A DNA stretch of 64,000 nucleotides from Vulcanimicrobiota bacterium (GCA_963714015.1 OY970223.1:896001-960000), one strand, 5' to 3'. Numbered from the stretch's first letter, positions 31,112 to 41,420 are shown. Notes: a model not told the origin generated them from the sequence alone. Made by a program: numbers and translations.

Positions 31112-31759
31112 TCAGCTTGTGTACGAGACGACAATGCGATCCGGAATGGTCGGTTTAAACCGGATCCACTCCACTTGCGCCTGACCGCTCTGCTCGCGCA
31201 GCGGCAGCGGATCCAGTCCGCGGGCTGCGGGACCGGCTATGTGCGTGCCGTCATAGTCGAACTGCGAGCCGTGGCACGGGCATTGGAACTTGTTCGCGTC
31301 GGCATTGTAATTGTACCGGCAGCCCAGATGCGGACAGATGGGGCTGAACATGACGAAGCCCATCGTCACCACTTCGTACGGAACGTTCGACTTGCCGCTC
31401 GGCGAAAACAGATCGGTCCGCGAGGTCTTGAACTTGGAAAGGTCTTTGACTTTGATGCCCCAGACCGATTCCTGAATGCTCTGCGTAGGCAAGTACGCGT
31501 CTTTCGCACTCAGGTTGAAGTCGATCTTGACCGCTTTGTCGGTAGCCGCCTGAAACTGTTTGAACTCGTTCTGGTCGAGCGGAGTCCACGTTGCGCCGCC
31601 GCTTCCGACGTCGGGAATCAGCGCGCCGACGATCGGAATGGCCAGAGCCAAGCCGATTATGCCGCCGATGGTGACGGTCGCGTTCGCCATGAACTTGCGG
31701 CGCGTGATCTCGTCATGGCTTTCGGGTTCTTCGTGGGCGCCCAGCGCGTGCGTTGCCAA
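31112..31759 (-). CDS. Rieske iron-sulfur subunit, Tat substrate
   Basis: TRRKFM plus TM helix; CPHLGC and CPCHGSQF; GPAARGL. Confidence 0.93.
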   Translation of the reverse strand: MATHALGAHEEPESHDEITRRKFMANATVTIGGIIGLALAIPIVGALIPDVGSGGATWTPLDQNEFKQFQAATDKAVKIDFNLSAKDAYLPTQSIQESVWGIKVKDLSKFKTSRTDLFSPSGKSNVPYEVVTMGFVMFSPICPHLGCRYNYNADANKFQCPCHGSQFDYDGTHIAGPAARGLDPLPLREQSGQAQVEWIRFKPTIPDRIVVSYTS

Positions 31760-32167
31760 ACTTCACTCTCCGCGGAAGGTGCGAATGTTTCCCAAAGATT
31801 CTACGCTCGCCCTCTCGCTTCAAGCGCCGACCTTCCTCGGAAGGCGGGGTCAAAAGGACCGGGCGCCGGCCCGCTGGCGCCCTTCAGTCCAAAGCGGCCC
31901 CGGCGGCACACCGCCATCGCGCCGAACATTTGAGCTTCGTCACGGCTCAAGGCATCGGACAGAGGCAATGCAGGCTCGCCGGTTATGATGCCCTTCTCAA
32001 GACCCCAAGTGCAGCGTAGGGCGCGAAGAACTGCGGCTACTCGAAGTTCCCGCGCTACCCCGTCACGCAGTGGCCGCGAATCGGTAATTATCGAGAGCGG
32101 CGCGGTGTTTCCGTGCAGTGCGTTGAAGAAGTTGACCAATCGGTCGCGCGAGCCTAGACTTGAATCG

Positions 32168-33229
32168 ATGATAGATCGAGCTCTGCGTACAAGCGCTCTG
32201 TTGATGATCTCCGTTGCCGCCGGCTGCAGCGCGGCAAACATGCCGTCATCTCTGAATCGCAGCCTTTCTTCAGCTACCGCGCAGGCGACCGCGCACTTCA
32301 CCGAGATTGCGGCGCCCGACCAACTTATGGGCGGCATTGCGATCGCTGCCGACGGCAGCGTATTTCTCAATGCAAATCAGCATTTCCTCAAGTACGATGG
32401 CGCATTCACGTCATATGCCTATCCACCGTGCGGATCGGGCTGCAGGGGCGACTTCGGAGTGAACACGCTCGCGTTCGGACCCGGCGGCACGGTATGGACG
32501 ACCTTCGTCATTAGTAGCAGCGGCGGCGGCCCCACAACGGGCGAAATCGTTGCTTTGACGCGGAGCACCGGCATAGTAAATGAATATCAGAATGGTATAC
32601 CGGGCGATGTGTACTCAACGGTAGCAAGCGCCGGCCGCGGCTACATGTGGGTGATCGACTGGTATGGCGGCGTACGTCCCTCAGCCGTTCCGGATGTCTA
32701 TAAGGGTTCCGAGGAGGTCAAAACGGTGGGTGCGCCCACGCCTATAAATACAGCGGAGACCCTGGGGAGTGACGGCTTGATGTATCTTGCAAGCGATCCG
32801 CACTTTAAGCCCGGGGAGCCGTCTCGCATCTTCGGTTACAACGACGCCGACAAACTCGTCGATCGCATCGTTTTGCCGTCACATTCAAATGTCGCGGCGA
32901 TGACAAACGGACCCGACGGAAATGTTTGGTTCACCGATGTGGGCTTGAATGAAATCGGGCAGGTCGCGCGCAACGGAACCGTTACCTATTACAGCATTCC
33001 AACGGCGAATGCCGGCCTCTCCGGAATTACGTCGGCAAGCGACCATGCGTTGTGGTTCACTGAGAGTTCCGCAAATAAGATCGGCCGAATCGACCTCAAA
33101 GGGAATGTCAGCGAATATGCCGTTCCGAATAAGGCCGCGGGACCGTCGGGAATCGCCGCAACGCCGGCCGGTCAACCCTTTGCGATCTATTTCGTCAATG
33201 GGGGCGGTTTAGGGGAACTGACGCTGTGA
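32168..33229 (+). CDS. Virginiamycin B lyase-like beta-propeller lipoprotein
   Basis: Lipobox AAGC; repeats GPDGNVWFT and DHALWFTESSANKIGRI. Confidence 0.75.
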   Translation: MIDRALRTSALLMISVAAGCSAANMPSSLNRSLSSATAQATAHFTEIAAPDQLMGGIAIAADGSVFLNANQHFLKYDGAFTSYAYPPCGSGCRGDFGVNTLAFGPGGTVWTTFVISSSGGGPTTGEIVALTRSTGIVNEYQNGIPGDVYSTVASAGRGYMWVIDWYGGVRPSAVPDVYKGSEEVKTVGAPTPINTAETLGSDGLMYLASDPHFKPGEPSRIFGYNDADKLVDRIVLPSHSNVAAMTNGPDGNVWFTDVGLNEIGQVARNGTVTYYSIPTANAGLSGITSASDHALWFTESSANKIGRIDLKGNVSEYAVPNKAAGPSGIAATPAGQPFAIYFVNGGGLGELTL

Positions 33230-33260
33230 ACGCGTCTCGCGTCGCGGCGTGCAAATGACG

Positions 33261-34244
33261 TTAAACTTTATAACTGTGTAAGCCGCTGATCCACAAGTTC
33301 ACGCCGAAGTAGCAAAACATGATCGTCAGGAAGCCGATGCAGCTGATCCACGCGCTTCGGATCCCGCGCCACGTGGCGCGCGTGTGCAGATGCATGTAGA
33401 TGGCGTAGACGATCCAGGAGACAAGCGCCGCGGTTTCCTTCGGATCCCATTGCCAGTACGCACCCCAGGATTCGTGCGCCCACATTGCGCCGGTAATAAC
33501 GCCTAGCGTCAAAAGCGGCAAACCTACGGCGACGATGCGGTAGATCAGGATGTCGATCTGCGCGAGGCTCGGCAGCGTGTTCAGCCATTGGGCCGTGGGT
33601 TGCCCGGCGGCGGCTGCTGCAGCGATGTTCGGCGTATCCATACGAATGGTCACCGCCCGCGAAAAACTTTCCGCGACGGACAAGTCCGCCGGAGGTCCGC
33701 CGGCGGTCTGCGCAACGGGCGCAAAGCCCGAAGAGCCGCCTCTCTGGAGCGATCTTTCAAAGTAGTACTTCACGAGGTATACGATCGACATCACGAAGGC
33801 GACCATGAACGCGGCGTACGACGAGACCACGAGCGGCACGTGAATCTTTGCCCAGTACGACTGCAGCGAGGGAACAGCCGGCATTACGCCTTCGTTCCAG
33901 GTCGATCCGTACGCCAGGAAAAGGGCGGCAAGCCCGATGAGCAACCCTCCCGCGAACCACAGCTTGTAGCGGAACGCGAAGTACATGAAGATCGCCACCG
34001 ACACCGCCGAGAAAAGCGACAGCGAACCGTAGAGATTCAGCAGCGGCCAAATGTGCGTGATTTCGTAACGGGCTACGAGCTGAGCGAACTGCGCGACGCA
34101 GCCGGCAATAGCGAGCGGAATTCCGAGATGCGCGAGCCACTCGTCGCGCGCGAAGAAGTATACCAGCAGCGCGAGAGCGCTGACCGTGTACGCACCGATT
34201 GCGACGATCAGCAAGACTTCGTCCAAGGGCATGTGGCTCTGCAT
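33261..34244 (-). CDS. ccsA: Cytochrome c biogenesis protein CcsA/ResC (System II)
   Basis: LQSYWAKIHV, GAMWAHESWGAYWQWDPKET, GLHSY. Confidence 0.95.
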   Translation of the reverse strand: MQSHMPLDEVLLIVAIGAYTVSALALLVYFFARDEWLAHLGIPLAIAGCVAQFAQLVARYEITHIWPLLNLYGSLSLFSAVSVAIFMYFAFRYKLWFAGGLLIGLAALFLAYGSTWNEGVMPAVPSLQSYWAKIHVPLVVSSYAAFMVAFVMSIVYLVKYYFERSLQRGGSSGFAPVAQTAGGPPADLSVAESFSRAVTIRMDTPNIAAAAAAGQPTAQWLNTLPSLAQIDILIYRIVAVGLPLLTLGVITGAMWAHESWGAYWQWDPKETAALVSWIVYAIYMHLHTRATWRGIRSAWISCIGFLTIMFCYFGVNLWISGLHSYKV

Positions 34245-34245
34245 T

Positions 34246-35634
34246 TTACGTGGCCTCCGCTAGGTTGAGATTTGCCGCCGGACCCGCGGGATTGAGCGCG
34301 CGTTCCAGTTCCGCCGCGAGCTCCGCGAACTGCGTTTCGAAGATATCGTAGCCTTTGACCGTCATCGCGGCGATGCCGATGCGGCTGTGGCCCGCGCCTT
34401 GCGCGTCGATGCGCACGAACAGCCGCGCCGGTAAAAAGTAGAACGAGACGACGAGCCCCGCCAACAAGACGAAAGCGCCTATTCCCACGAGCGGGACGCC
34501 GGGATCGTAGCGGTACTGCAGCCCGCTTACCATTAGATATCGTTCGGGCGTGATGCGCCAGCCGTCGCCCACGTCGATCCAGGTGTTCATCGGAACCATA
34601 GCGGCGCCAAGGCTTTGCCCGTTTTCAACTGCCTCCAGGACGACCGCCGGATTGTTGACGCGCGGATCGCTCGAAGGCATGTTGGTCTGACGATCGACCG
34701 TCGGTACGAATTGATCGACGACGACTTGCCGCTGGGATCCGGGCAACTCGATCGCGTCGCCGGCCTCGTACGTCTTGCCGGAAAGCCCGGGGTCGCGCGT
34801 GCCGGCATGCGAAACGAGGAAACGCAGCGCGAAACCGTAGCTCGATTGATAGAACAGCGATCCGCCGATGTCGATCGGGTGATTGACCCGGATCCTCTTA
34901 TGCTCTACCGTACCGTTGCCGTACGCGACGGTGACGTTCGAAACGTAGTCGATCGGCTGGTATACCATCCCGCTCTTGGTCATGATCGGCTGAATCTTAT
35001 ATTTGAACCCGTCCAACCGCAGCGTCGCATCGCGATGGGGAACGTCGATCGTCTGTCCCACCACCAGCCCCGCGTTGCCCGAGAAGCCCTTCGCCCAGTA
35101 CACGGTCGTTCCGGCGGCGATAATCGTGAAGCCGATGTGCGCGATCAGCACGCCGCGCCGCGCCCAATTGTGCTTGTCGGCGAAGGTCCACTCCGTTCCG
35201 CCGAATTCTTTCTTGCGGATCATCCAGCCGCGTTTGGCGAAAAATCGCTGGACGCGATCGCGCACCTGCGCTTCGGACCCGCGCACGTCGATCGTCGCAT
35301 TCAGCGGAATCTTGTCGATGAGTACCGGCCGCAGCGCCGGCAGACGCGCGGGTATGACGCGCTTGAACGTACAGACCGCCAGAGAAAGCAAGATGAGGCC
35401 GATCGTTCCGACGTAGTACGGAGCGTGATAGATATTGTTGATATTTAGGCGAAGGATTAGGCGCGCAAGGGGCGGCGCGTACATCGAAAAATAGGTGGCT
35501 GCGTCTTTGCCTTGGTCGACCACCACGCCGGCAAACGTCATCAAACCCCAGACGAGGAGCAGGCAAACGGCGAAGAGCACGTTTCCGAACGTACGCGTGA
35601 AGTCGTCGTAGAACGATCGCAGCGCCGCAGTCAT
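34246..35634 (-). CDS. resB: Cytochrome c biogenesis protein ResB/Ccs1
   Basis: SLAVCTFKR, LIAHIG, IRVNHP, FYQSSY, GLQYRYDPG; adjacent to ccsA. Confidence 0.88.
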   Translation of the reverse strand: MTAALRSFYDDFTRTFGNVLFAVCLLLVWGLMTFAGVVVDQGKDAATYFSMYAPPLARLILRLNINNIYHAPYYVGTIGLILLSLAVCTFKRVIPARLPALRPVLIDKIPLNATIDVRGSEAQVRDRVQRFFAKRGWMIRKKEFGGTEWTFADKHNWARRGVLIAHIGFTIIAAGTTVYWAKGFSGNAGLVVGQTIDVPHRDATLRLDGFKYKIQPIMTKSGMVYQPIDYVSNVTVAYGNGTVEHKRIRVNHPIDIGGSLFYQSSYGFALRFLVSHAGTRDPGLSGKTYEAGDAIELPGSQRQVVVDQFVPTVDRQTNMPSSDPRVNNPAVVLEAVENGQSLGAAMVPMNTWIDVGDGWRITPERYLMVSGLQYRYDPGVPLVGIGAFVLLAGLVVSFYFLPARLFVRIDAQGAGHSRIGIAAMTVKGYDIFETQFAELAAELERALNPAGPAANLNLAEAT

Positions 35635-35644
35635 TTCGATCAGC

Positions 35645-36425
35645 CTAGTACGCTTCAGCCTCGCCGCGCCACGACTTCTCGAGCAGGACGATGACCCACA
35701 GGCTCCCCTCGTAAAGCGCGTACATCGGCAAAGCCATCATGGCCATGGTCAGCGGGTTGCCGTCCGGTGCGGCAATAGCGCCGAAACAGAAGAAGCCGAA
35801 CAGAAAATACCGCCGCGATCGCTTGAGAAACGCCGAATTGACGACACCGATGCGGGCAAGCGCGATCATGACGATCGGCGTCTGGAAGATGAGGGCAAAC
35901 GCCAGGAATACCAGCAGAATGAAATTCAGCGTCGCTTCGATGCCGAACGTCGGCGTCGCTAGGTCGTGTGTGACCCCAAGCAGCGTTCCGACGACCCGTG
36001 GCAGCACGAGAAAGTGCGCGAAGGCGATGCCGGCGGCGGCCAGCAGCGCCGAAGGAGCGACATACGCATACACCAGGCGCCGGGTGCGCGGATGGAACGC
36101 CGGAACGATGAACATCCAGAGCTGATAGAGCAGCACGGGAAGGCCGACGACGATGGCGCCGTAGATCGAGAACTTGAACTCGACCATGATGACGTCGGCG
36201 GGACCGAACGCATGCAATTGCACGCCTTTGAAATATGCATTCGTCAGCAGCGGGATGACGTAACGCGAGGGCCAGAACAGCAGAATGCCTAGGCCGAGCA
36301 CTGTCCCAATGGATATCAGCAGACGCTTACGGAGCATCCCGCAGGTGCTCCGTAAAACTCATCTCCTTTTGATCCCAGATGGCTTCGTCCGGATCGGCGG
36401 CCGGCCGAGCCCGCTCGACTAGCAT
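35645..36425 (-). CDS. tatC: Twin-arginine translocase TatC; frameshift near 36338
   Basis: EMSFTEHL then LRKRL after a 1-nt shift; YQLWMFIVPAF, FQTPI, APDG. Confidence 0.9.
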
Positions 36426-36428
36426 AGG

Positions 36429-36737
36429 TTAACTGCTGAGCGTTCCTTTATCCGGCGTAGGCGGCGGAATCGGTTCACCGGTGCCCGAGGCGTTGGGCTG
36501 GCCCGTATAGTTCATGGGATCGGTGCGCGCGGTTTCCGCACGGACGCGGGCTTGCTCGCGCGCTTGGTCTGCCGCAGCGTCCGCTTCGGCTTGCCCCATC
36601 AAAAATTCTTTCTTCGCTTGACCTGCGCTGCGCGCAAGTTTCGGCAGCTTCTCCGCGCCGAACAGCAGTACCGCGGCGACGACGATGATGCCGATGATTT
36701 CCGGACTAAGCAGTCCGAGAATGGGGTGAATGGTCAT
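36429..36737 (-). CDS. tatA: Twin-arginine translocase TatA
   Basis: VLLFGAEKLPKLARSAGQAKKEF. Confidence 0.9.
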   Translation of the reverse strand: MTIHPILGLLSPEIIGIIVVAAVLLFGAEKLPKLARSAGQAKKEFLMGQAEADAAADQAREQARVRAETARTDPMNYTGQPNASGTGEPIPPPTPDKGTLSS

Positions 36738-36755
36738 AATGGCTCCTTTTGCGTG

Positions 36756-37724
36756 TTACTCGAGCAGCGCGCCGGCCAAGCGACTCAGTTCCGTCTTTGC
36801 CGCGCTCTCTTCGAGCGGTGCCAGCGAGAGTTTCGCGCGACTCGCGTACTGAGCGATCTGTTCGCGCGTCCCTTCGAGGCCGCCGTTTTCGGCGATGCCG
36901 TCGATTACCGCCGAGATTCCGCCCTGCTCACTTCCCGAATAAAACCGCCCGGCCATGCTGCGAAAGACCGCGCTTCCGCGGTTAAGCGCCAGAATTAACG
37001 GAATTGTCATCTTACGCTCCTGAAGGTCGTTGCCGACCGGCTTGCCGAGCGCCTCGGCGTCCGCGGTGACGTCGAGCAAGTCGTCCTTCATTTGAAACGC
37101 GATGCCGTAAAAGAGGCCGAAATCGCGCAGCGCCTTGATCTTCCGCGCAGATCCGCCGCCCATTATCGCTCCGCATTCGGCCGAGGCGGCGAAAAGGGAA
37201 GCCGTCTTCTTCATAACGATCTCTATATACGCTGTAAGCGGCAACTCCAGATTGCCCAAAGCACGCAGCTGCAGCACTTCGCCGTCGCAGATGTCGGCGA
37301 GCGTGGCCGAAAGGATGTTGGGCACCGGCTCAGGATACTGCGCGGTGACGTTCTTGAAGATCCAGGCGAAGAGATAATCGCCGGCCAGTACGCTGATCCG
37401 ATTGCCGTAGTCCACCGCGGTCGCATTGACGCCGCGACGTGTTTGCGCATTGTCGACGACGTCGTCGTGAATCAGCGTCGCCACGTGGATCAGTTCCATG
37501 TACGCCGCGAGGTGCAGATGATCTTCGGCGCTGCTGCCGTTCGCTTCGGCCGCCAGGAGCGTGATGCGCGGACGTAAGCGTTTGCCCCCCGCCGCCAGCA
37601 TGCGTTTAATCGCCTCGGTAATGAGCGGATTGTCGGTCGTGAACGTATTGCGAAAGAAGTCCTCGACCAGAAGGTAGAGGCTAGAATCGCTGCGGGACGT
37701 GCGGCGTTTGCGTGCGGAGATCAT
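36756..37724 (-). CDS. Polyprenyl diphosphate synthase
   Basis: GGKRLRP, LIHDDVVD, KTASLF, FQMKDDLLD, GKPVGNDL. Confidence 0.93.
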   Translation of the reverse strand: MISARKRRTSRSDSSLYLLVEDFFRNTFTTDNPLITEAIKRMLAAGGKRLRPRITLLAAEANGSSAEDHLHLAAYMELIHVATLIHDDVVDNAQTRRGVNATAVDYGNRISVLAGDYLFAWIFKNVTAQYPEPVPNILSATLADICDGEVLQLRALGNLELPLTAYIEIVMKKTASLFAASAECGAIMGGGSARKIKALRDFGLFYGIAFQMKDDLLDVTADAEALGKPVGNDLQERKMTIPLILALNRGSAVFRSMAGRFYSGSEQGGISAVIDGIAENGGLEGTREQIAQYASRAKLSLAPLEESAAKTELSRLAGALLE

Positions 37725-38452
37725 TGCGGCACCGTTCCGCAGTGGATCGCTATCGCGCCGCCCATCAAGCGCACGAAACTTGAATCGACGAAACCGGCGC
37801 GCGAAAACCGGTCGCGCAGCGCTTCCGCATTCGGGTGGTGCGTGAGCGAGTTCGGCAAATAGGTATAGGCTTGGCGTGAACCGCCGACGGCGCCGCCGAT
37901 GAGCGGCACGATCTTATAAAAATAGAAATCGAAGCACGCTTTCCATACGCCGTTCGGCGCTTTGCTCATATCCAGGTTCACAAAACGCGCGCCCGGGCGA
38001 AGCACTCGCCGGATCTCTCCAAGCGTGGTGTCGATGTCGACGACGTTGCGCATCGAGAAACCCATCGTTGCGCCGTCGAACGAGTCGTCCGCGAAAGGCA
38101 GGTGCATCACGTCGGCCTCGATGAACTGCGCGTCGCCTTTGGCTTCCCGTAGCGCGCGGGTGCGCGCCGTGTTCAGCATCGGTTCGCAAAAATCGGCGCC
38201 GGTGACGTGCAGCGAACGGTCGGTTCGCAACAAATTAAAGACGAAATCGCCGGTTCCGCAACAGAGATCCAGAATATTGCCGCCCGGAGGAGCCTGAAGC
38301 ATCGCAATCGTCCGGCGCCGCCACCCTTCGTCCATACCCGCGCTTATGATCCGGTTCGTGGTATCGTACCGGGGCGCGATCAGGGCGAACATCTCGCGTA
38401 CGAACGCACCTTTGTCGGAATGAGCCGGCTGCGTGCTTTGGCTGGAGGTCAT
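37721..38452 (-). CDS. menG: Demethylmenaquinone methyltransferase (UbiE/MenG family)
   Basis: IAPRYD, LDLCCGTGD, LPFADDSFD, MRNVVD, AYTYLPNS. Confidence 0.9.
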   Translation of the reverse strand: MTSSQSTQPAHSDKGAFVREMFALIAPRYDTTNRIISAGMDEGWRRRTIAMLQAPPGGNILDLCCGTGDFVFNLLRTDRSLHVTGADFCEPMLNTARTRALREAKGDAQFIEADVMHLPFADDSFDGATMGFSMRNVVDIDTTLGEIRRVLRPGARFVNLDMSKAPNGVWKACFDFYFYKIVPLIGGAVGGSRQAYTYLPNSLTHHPNAEALRDRFSRAGFVDSSFVRLMGGAIAIHCGTVPQ

Positions 38453-38512
38453 ACCCGGTCATAGCTTTCGCCTCCGGGCTAGGCGTTCATTCCGGGGGCG
38501 TGATGGAGCGCC

Positions 38513-39373
38513 ATGATTGCCCTAAGTTCGACCGCGAACGCATTCCGGGCCGTCGAACACGCCCGAAGCATCGTCGCGGCCGTCTACACGTTGCAGTCAG
38601 GTCGCCTGCTGCGCGAACTGGAGAATGCGGCTCGCCGTGGGGCGCGCGTGACGGTCCGTATTGAAGGCCGCCCCGCCGCGGATGCAACCGGTTCGCTGCA
38701 GAGAATGAACGAAGCGGCCGTCCGGCAACTCCAACGCCTAGGTGCCGACGCAAAACTCGTGGATCAAATGGACGGCGAGGGCGCTCCCCTTCATCTAAAA
38801 GGACTGGTCTGCGACGGCGCCGTCTACTTGGACGATCGCAATTTCACGACGACCGGCGCAGATGCGGTCGTGCGTTTGAATACCTCGCGCGAGGTAGCGG
38901 ACGTCAAGACCGCCATTTTGAGCGGAATCGTGCGCCAATCGCGTTCGCTGCAACTGACCAAAGCCGATGCGCTTCAAGCGGAGAAGCGCGTGCTGCAAGG
39001 CGCAAAACACTGCGAAGCGGTGGACGTCGAGAGCGAATCGTTCGGCATCGGCAGCGGTGTGTACGGCGCGTTGAAGGATTTGGCGCAGCGCGGTGAGCAC
39101 TGCCGGCTAATCGTCGCACGTTCGGCAATGACGGCAAGGACCCGCAGCGCGATCGCGCGCTTGCAGAATGCGGGCGTCGACGTCCGAGCGGCGGCGTATA
39201 ACGAGAAATTCGCGGTCGCCGGAAAACGAACGTGGATCGGTTCCGCCAACGCCACAACGCCTTACTACGACGGCAATCAGTTGGACTGGGGCATCACCAC
39301 CGCATCCGAACGAATCGCGGGCGACCTACGGTCGCGCTTCGAGCAGCAGTGGCAGCACGCCAAGCCCGTTTAA
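38513..39373 (+). CDS. Phospholipase D-superfamily protein
   Basis: First HKD motif LHLKGLVCDG; second half-site degenerate (YNEKFAVAG..WIGSAN). Confidence 0.7.
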   Translation: MIALSSTANAFRAVEHARSIVAAVYTLQSGRLLRELENAARRGARVTVRIEGRPAADATGSLQRMNEAAVRQLQRLGADAKLVDQMDGEGAPLHLKGLVCDGAVYLDDRNFTTTGADAVVRLNTSREVADVKTAILSGIVRQSRSLQLTKADALQAEKRVLQGAKHCEAVDVESESFGIGSGVYGALKDLAQRGEHCRLIVARSAMTARTRSAIARLQNAGVDVRAAAYNEKFAVAGKRTWIGSANATTPYYDGNQLDWGITTASERIAGDLRSRFEQQWQHAKPV

Positions 39374-39389
39374 AAGGTGTGGTTTAGAA

Positions 39390-41402
39390 TCACCGCTGCA
39401 AGCGCTGCTCGAGCCACCCCGCCCAGCGCTTGTACGTATCGAGACGCCGCACCGGATCGCTCGGAAAATGCCCGTACGCGGGTATCGCGACGAACTCGAC
39501 CGTCTTTCCCTGATCCCGCAGCGCTTTGTAGAACTCGTATGCTTGCGGTTCCGGAACCCGGTAATCGCCCGTATCACTCAAAATCAATGTCGGAGTGCGG
39601 ACGTTGCTCGCATAGGTGATCGGTGAATTGCGGCGGTACGCCGCCATTCCATTACCTTTCCAGGGCGTGAGTCCGCCGAATAGCGCCGGCAGATAGTCCG
39701 TGACGTCTTCCAAAGAATATTGCACCAGGCAGTCGTTGATCGCTGCACCGCTCACTGCGGCGGTCCACATCGACGGATAGTTCGTAATGAGCCATGAGGT
39801 CATCCAGCCGCCGCCGGACCAGCCGGAAACGCCCACGCGCGACGTGTCGATCATGCCCGTCGCTTCCAACGCCTTTGTGCCCGCGACCACGTCTCGCCCG
39901 GCGCCGACGTACACTTCGGGGCCGATCATCGCATCGGCGTACTTGAATCCTAAGTTGTCGCTGCCACGGTAATTCGGCTGCAGCACGAACATGCCATGGT
40001 TGGCGAGTTCTTGCACGAGCGGCGAAAACCCGATGTTCGAGGATGCTTGCGTCGGTCCGCCGTGAATCACCAGGGCCAGCGGATACTTACGACCGGCGAG
40101 GTAACCCGCAGGGTATGTCAGCGCGCCGTCTTCGTCGAAGCCTTCGTTCGTCCACGTGAACTCCTTGGACGGCGCGACGACGCGATCGCTCGCGATCCAC
40201 GCATTATCGTTCGTCAATTTGCGCACCGCGTGCGTGTCCGCTGCGAGGTAATAGAGCTCCGACGGATCGGCCTGCGTCGAACCCGTGAACGCAATCGCGC
40301 CGTCGCTCGCGACCGTCCCGTCCTCGAACTGGACGTTGCCGAGGTCGACGCGGCGCGCTGCTCCTCCGGGTGCGCCGATCCACAAGGCACGCGTCGTGCG
40401 GTCGGCCGCGCTGAATGCAATGCTCTGTCCGTGCGGCATCCAGGCGAACCAACCGATGTCGCGATCTACGGAGGGCGCCGCGTCGCGGCCGCCGGCCGAC
40501 GGATCGGACGCGACGAGCAGCGTATTCTGGACCGCGATGGAACCGTTTTTGCCGGCGAAGTAGGCGATGCGCGTTCCCTCAGGCGCAAAAACGGCGTTGC
40601 TGCTGTAAGGGGCGCCGACGGTGTGCTGCGTTCCGGAGGCAATGTCGTATACCACGGAACGTGCGTAGAGCGAATGCGCGAGGGGATACGCGTCGGGCCC
40701 TCGTTCGAAGGCTACGTAGCGTCCATCGCGCGACCACGAAATCGGCCCCGAGTCTGTAGGATTTCCTGACGTCAAACGCTTTGCTTTTGCATGTTCTGCA
40801 ATCTCTTGCATCCACACGTGCGTCGGCACCGGCGCAGCTTGCGAGAGAAAATCATTGTCGCCGACTACGAACAGATCGTGGTGCGCGTCGAGTTGCTTCT
40901 TGTTGCCGGGAGTGTCTTCGGTGATATAGGCGAGTGCCTTTCCGTCGGGTCGCAGCGAATAGTCCTCCACGCCGTTCGGCGCACTGGTCACCGGCCGTGC
41001 TTCGCCGCCGTCCATCGGCAGAATCCACACCTGCTCCTTGGCATCCTTACCTTCACCGGCGATCGAGATGAACGCTAATTGCGTGCCGTCCGAAGAGAAT
41101 TGCGGTGAAGCGATGCGGTCCCGCGTCGGCGTCAGCACGCGCATTGCGCCCGTCGCAACGTCGATCAGTTCCAATTGCGAATGTGTCTTATCGCTTTTCA
41201 TATCGGGCCTGGATACCACCACTGCGATTTTTTTGCCGTCGGGCGTTATCTGCGCGTCACTGAACGAAACAATCCTCGGAATATCGTCCAAAGTGAACGG
41301 CCTGGCGGATGCGGCTAGTGCCGGCATGGGCAACGCCGAAGCGAGCATGGCGACGAACGCGACACTTCTCATAATGGAGCATTTTCGGCTCGCGCCGTTC
41401 AC
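39390..41402 (-). CDS. Secreted S9 prolyl oligopeptidase-family peptidase
   Basis: Signal peptide, propeller region, IHGGP, PNYRGS, GWSGGG nucleophile, DYRVP, GH. Start may be the second Met. Confidence 0.92.
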   Translation of the reverse strand: MNGASRKCSIMRSVAFVAMLASALPMPALAASARPFTLDDIPRIVSFSDAQITPDGKKIAVVVSRPDMKSDKTHSQLELIDVATGAMRVLTPTRDRIASPQFSSDGTQLAFISIAGEGKDAKEQVWILPMDGGEARPVTSAPNGVEDYSLRPDGKALAYITEDTPGNKKQLDAHHDLFVVGDNDFLSQAAPVPTHVWMQEIAEHAKAKRLTSGNPTDSGPISWSRDGRYVAFERGPDAYPLAHSLYARSVVYDIASGTQHTVGAPYSSNAVFAPEGTRIAYFAGKNGSIAVQNTLLVASDPSAGGRDAAPSVDRDIGWFAWMPHGQSIAFSAADRTTRALWIGAPGGAARRVDLGNVQFEDGTVASDGAIAFTGSTQADPSELYYLAADTHAVRKLTNDNAWIASDRVVAPSKEFTWTNEGFDEDGALTYPAGYLAGRKYPLALVIHGGPTQASSNIGFSPLVQELANHGMFVLQPNYRGSDNLGFKYADAMIGPEVYVGAGRDVVAGTKALEATGMIDTSRVGVSGWSGGGWMTSWLITNYPSMWTAAVSGAAINDCLVQYSLEDVTDYLPALFGGLTPWKGNGMAAYRRNSPITYASNVRTPTLILSDTGDYRVPEPQAYEFYKALRDQGKTVEFVAIPAYGHFPSDPVRRLDTYKRWAGWLEQRLQR

Positions 41403-41420
41403 CCCTCTGCCGCGCCGCGG

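Noticed and set aside
20914..36425. hemA, hemC and tatC as pseudogenes or programmed frameshifts
   Set aside because: Motifs are intact on both sides, no shared slippery sequence was seen, and similar indels occur throughout the window, so sequencing error is more likely.
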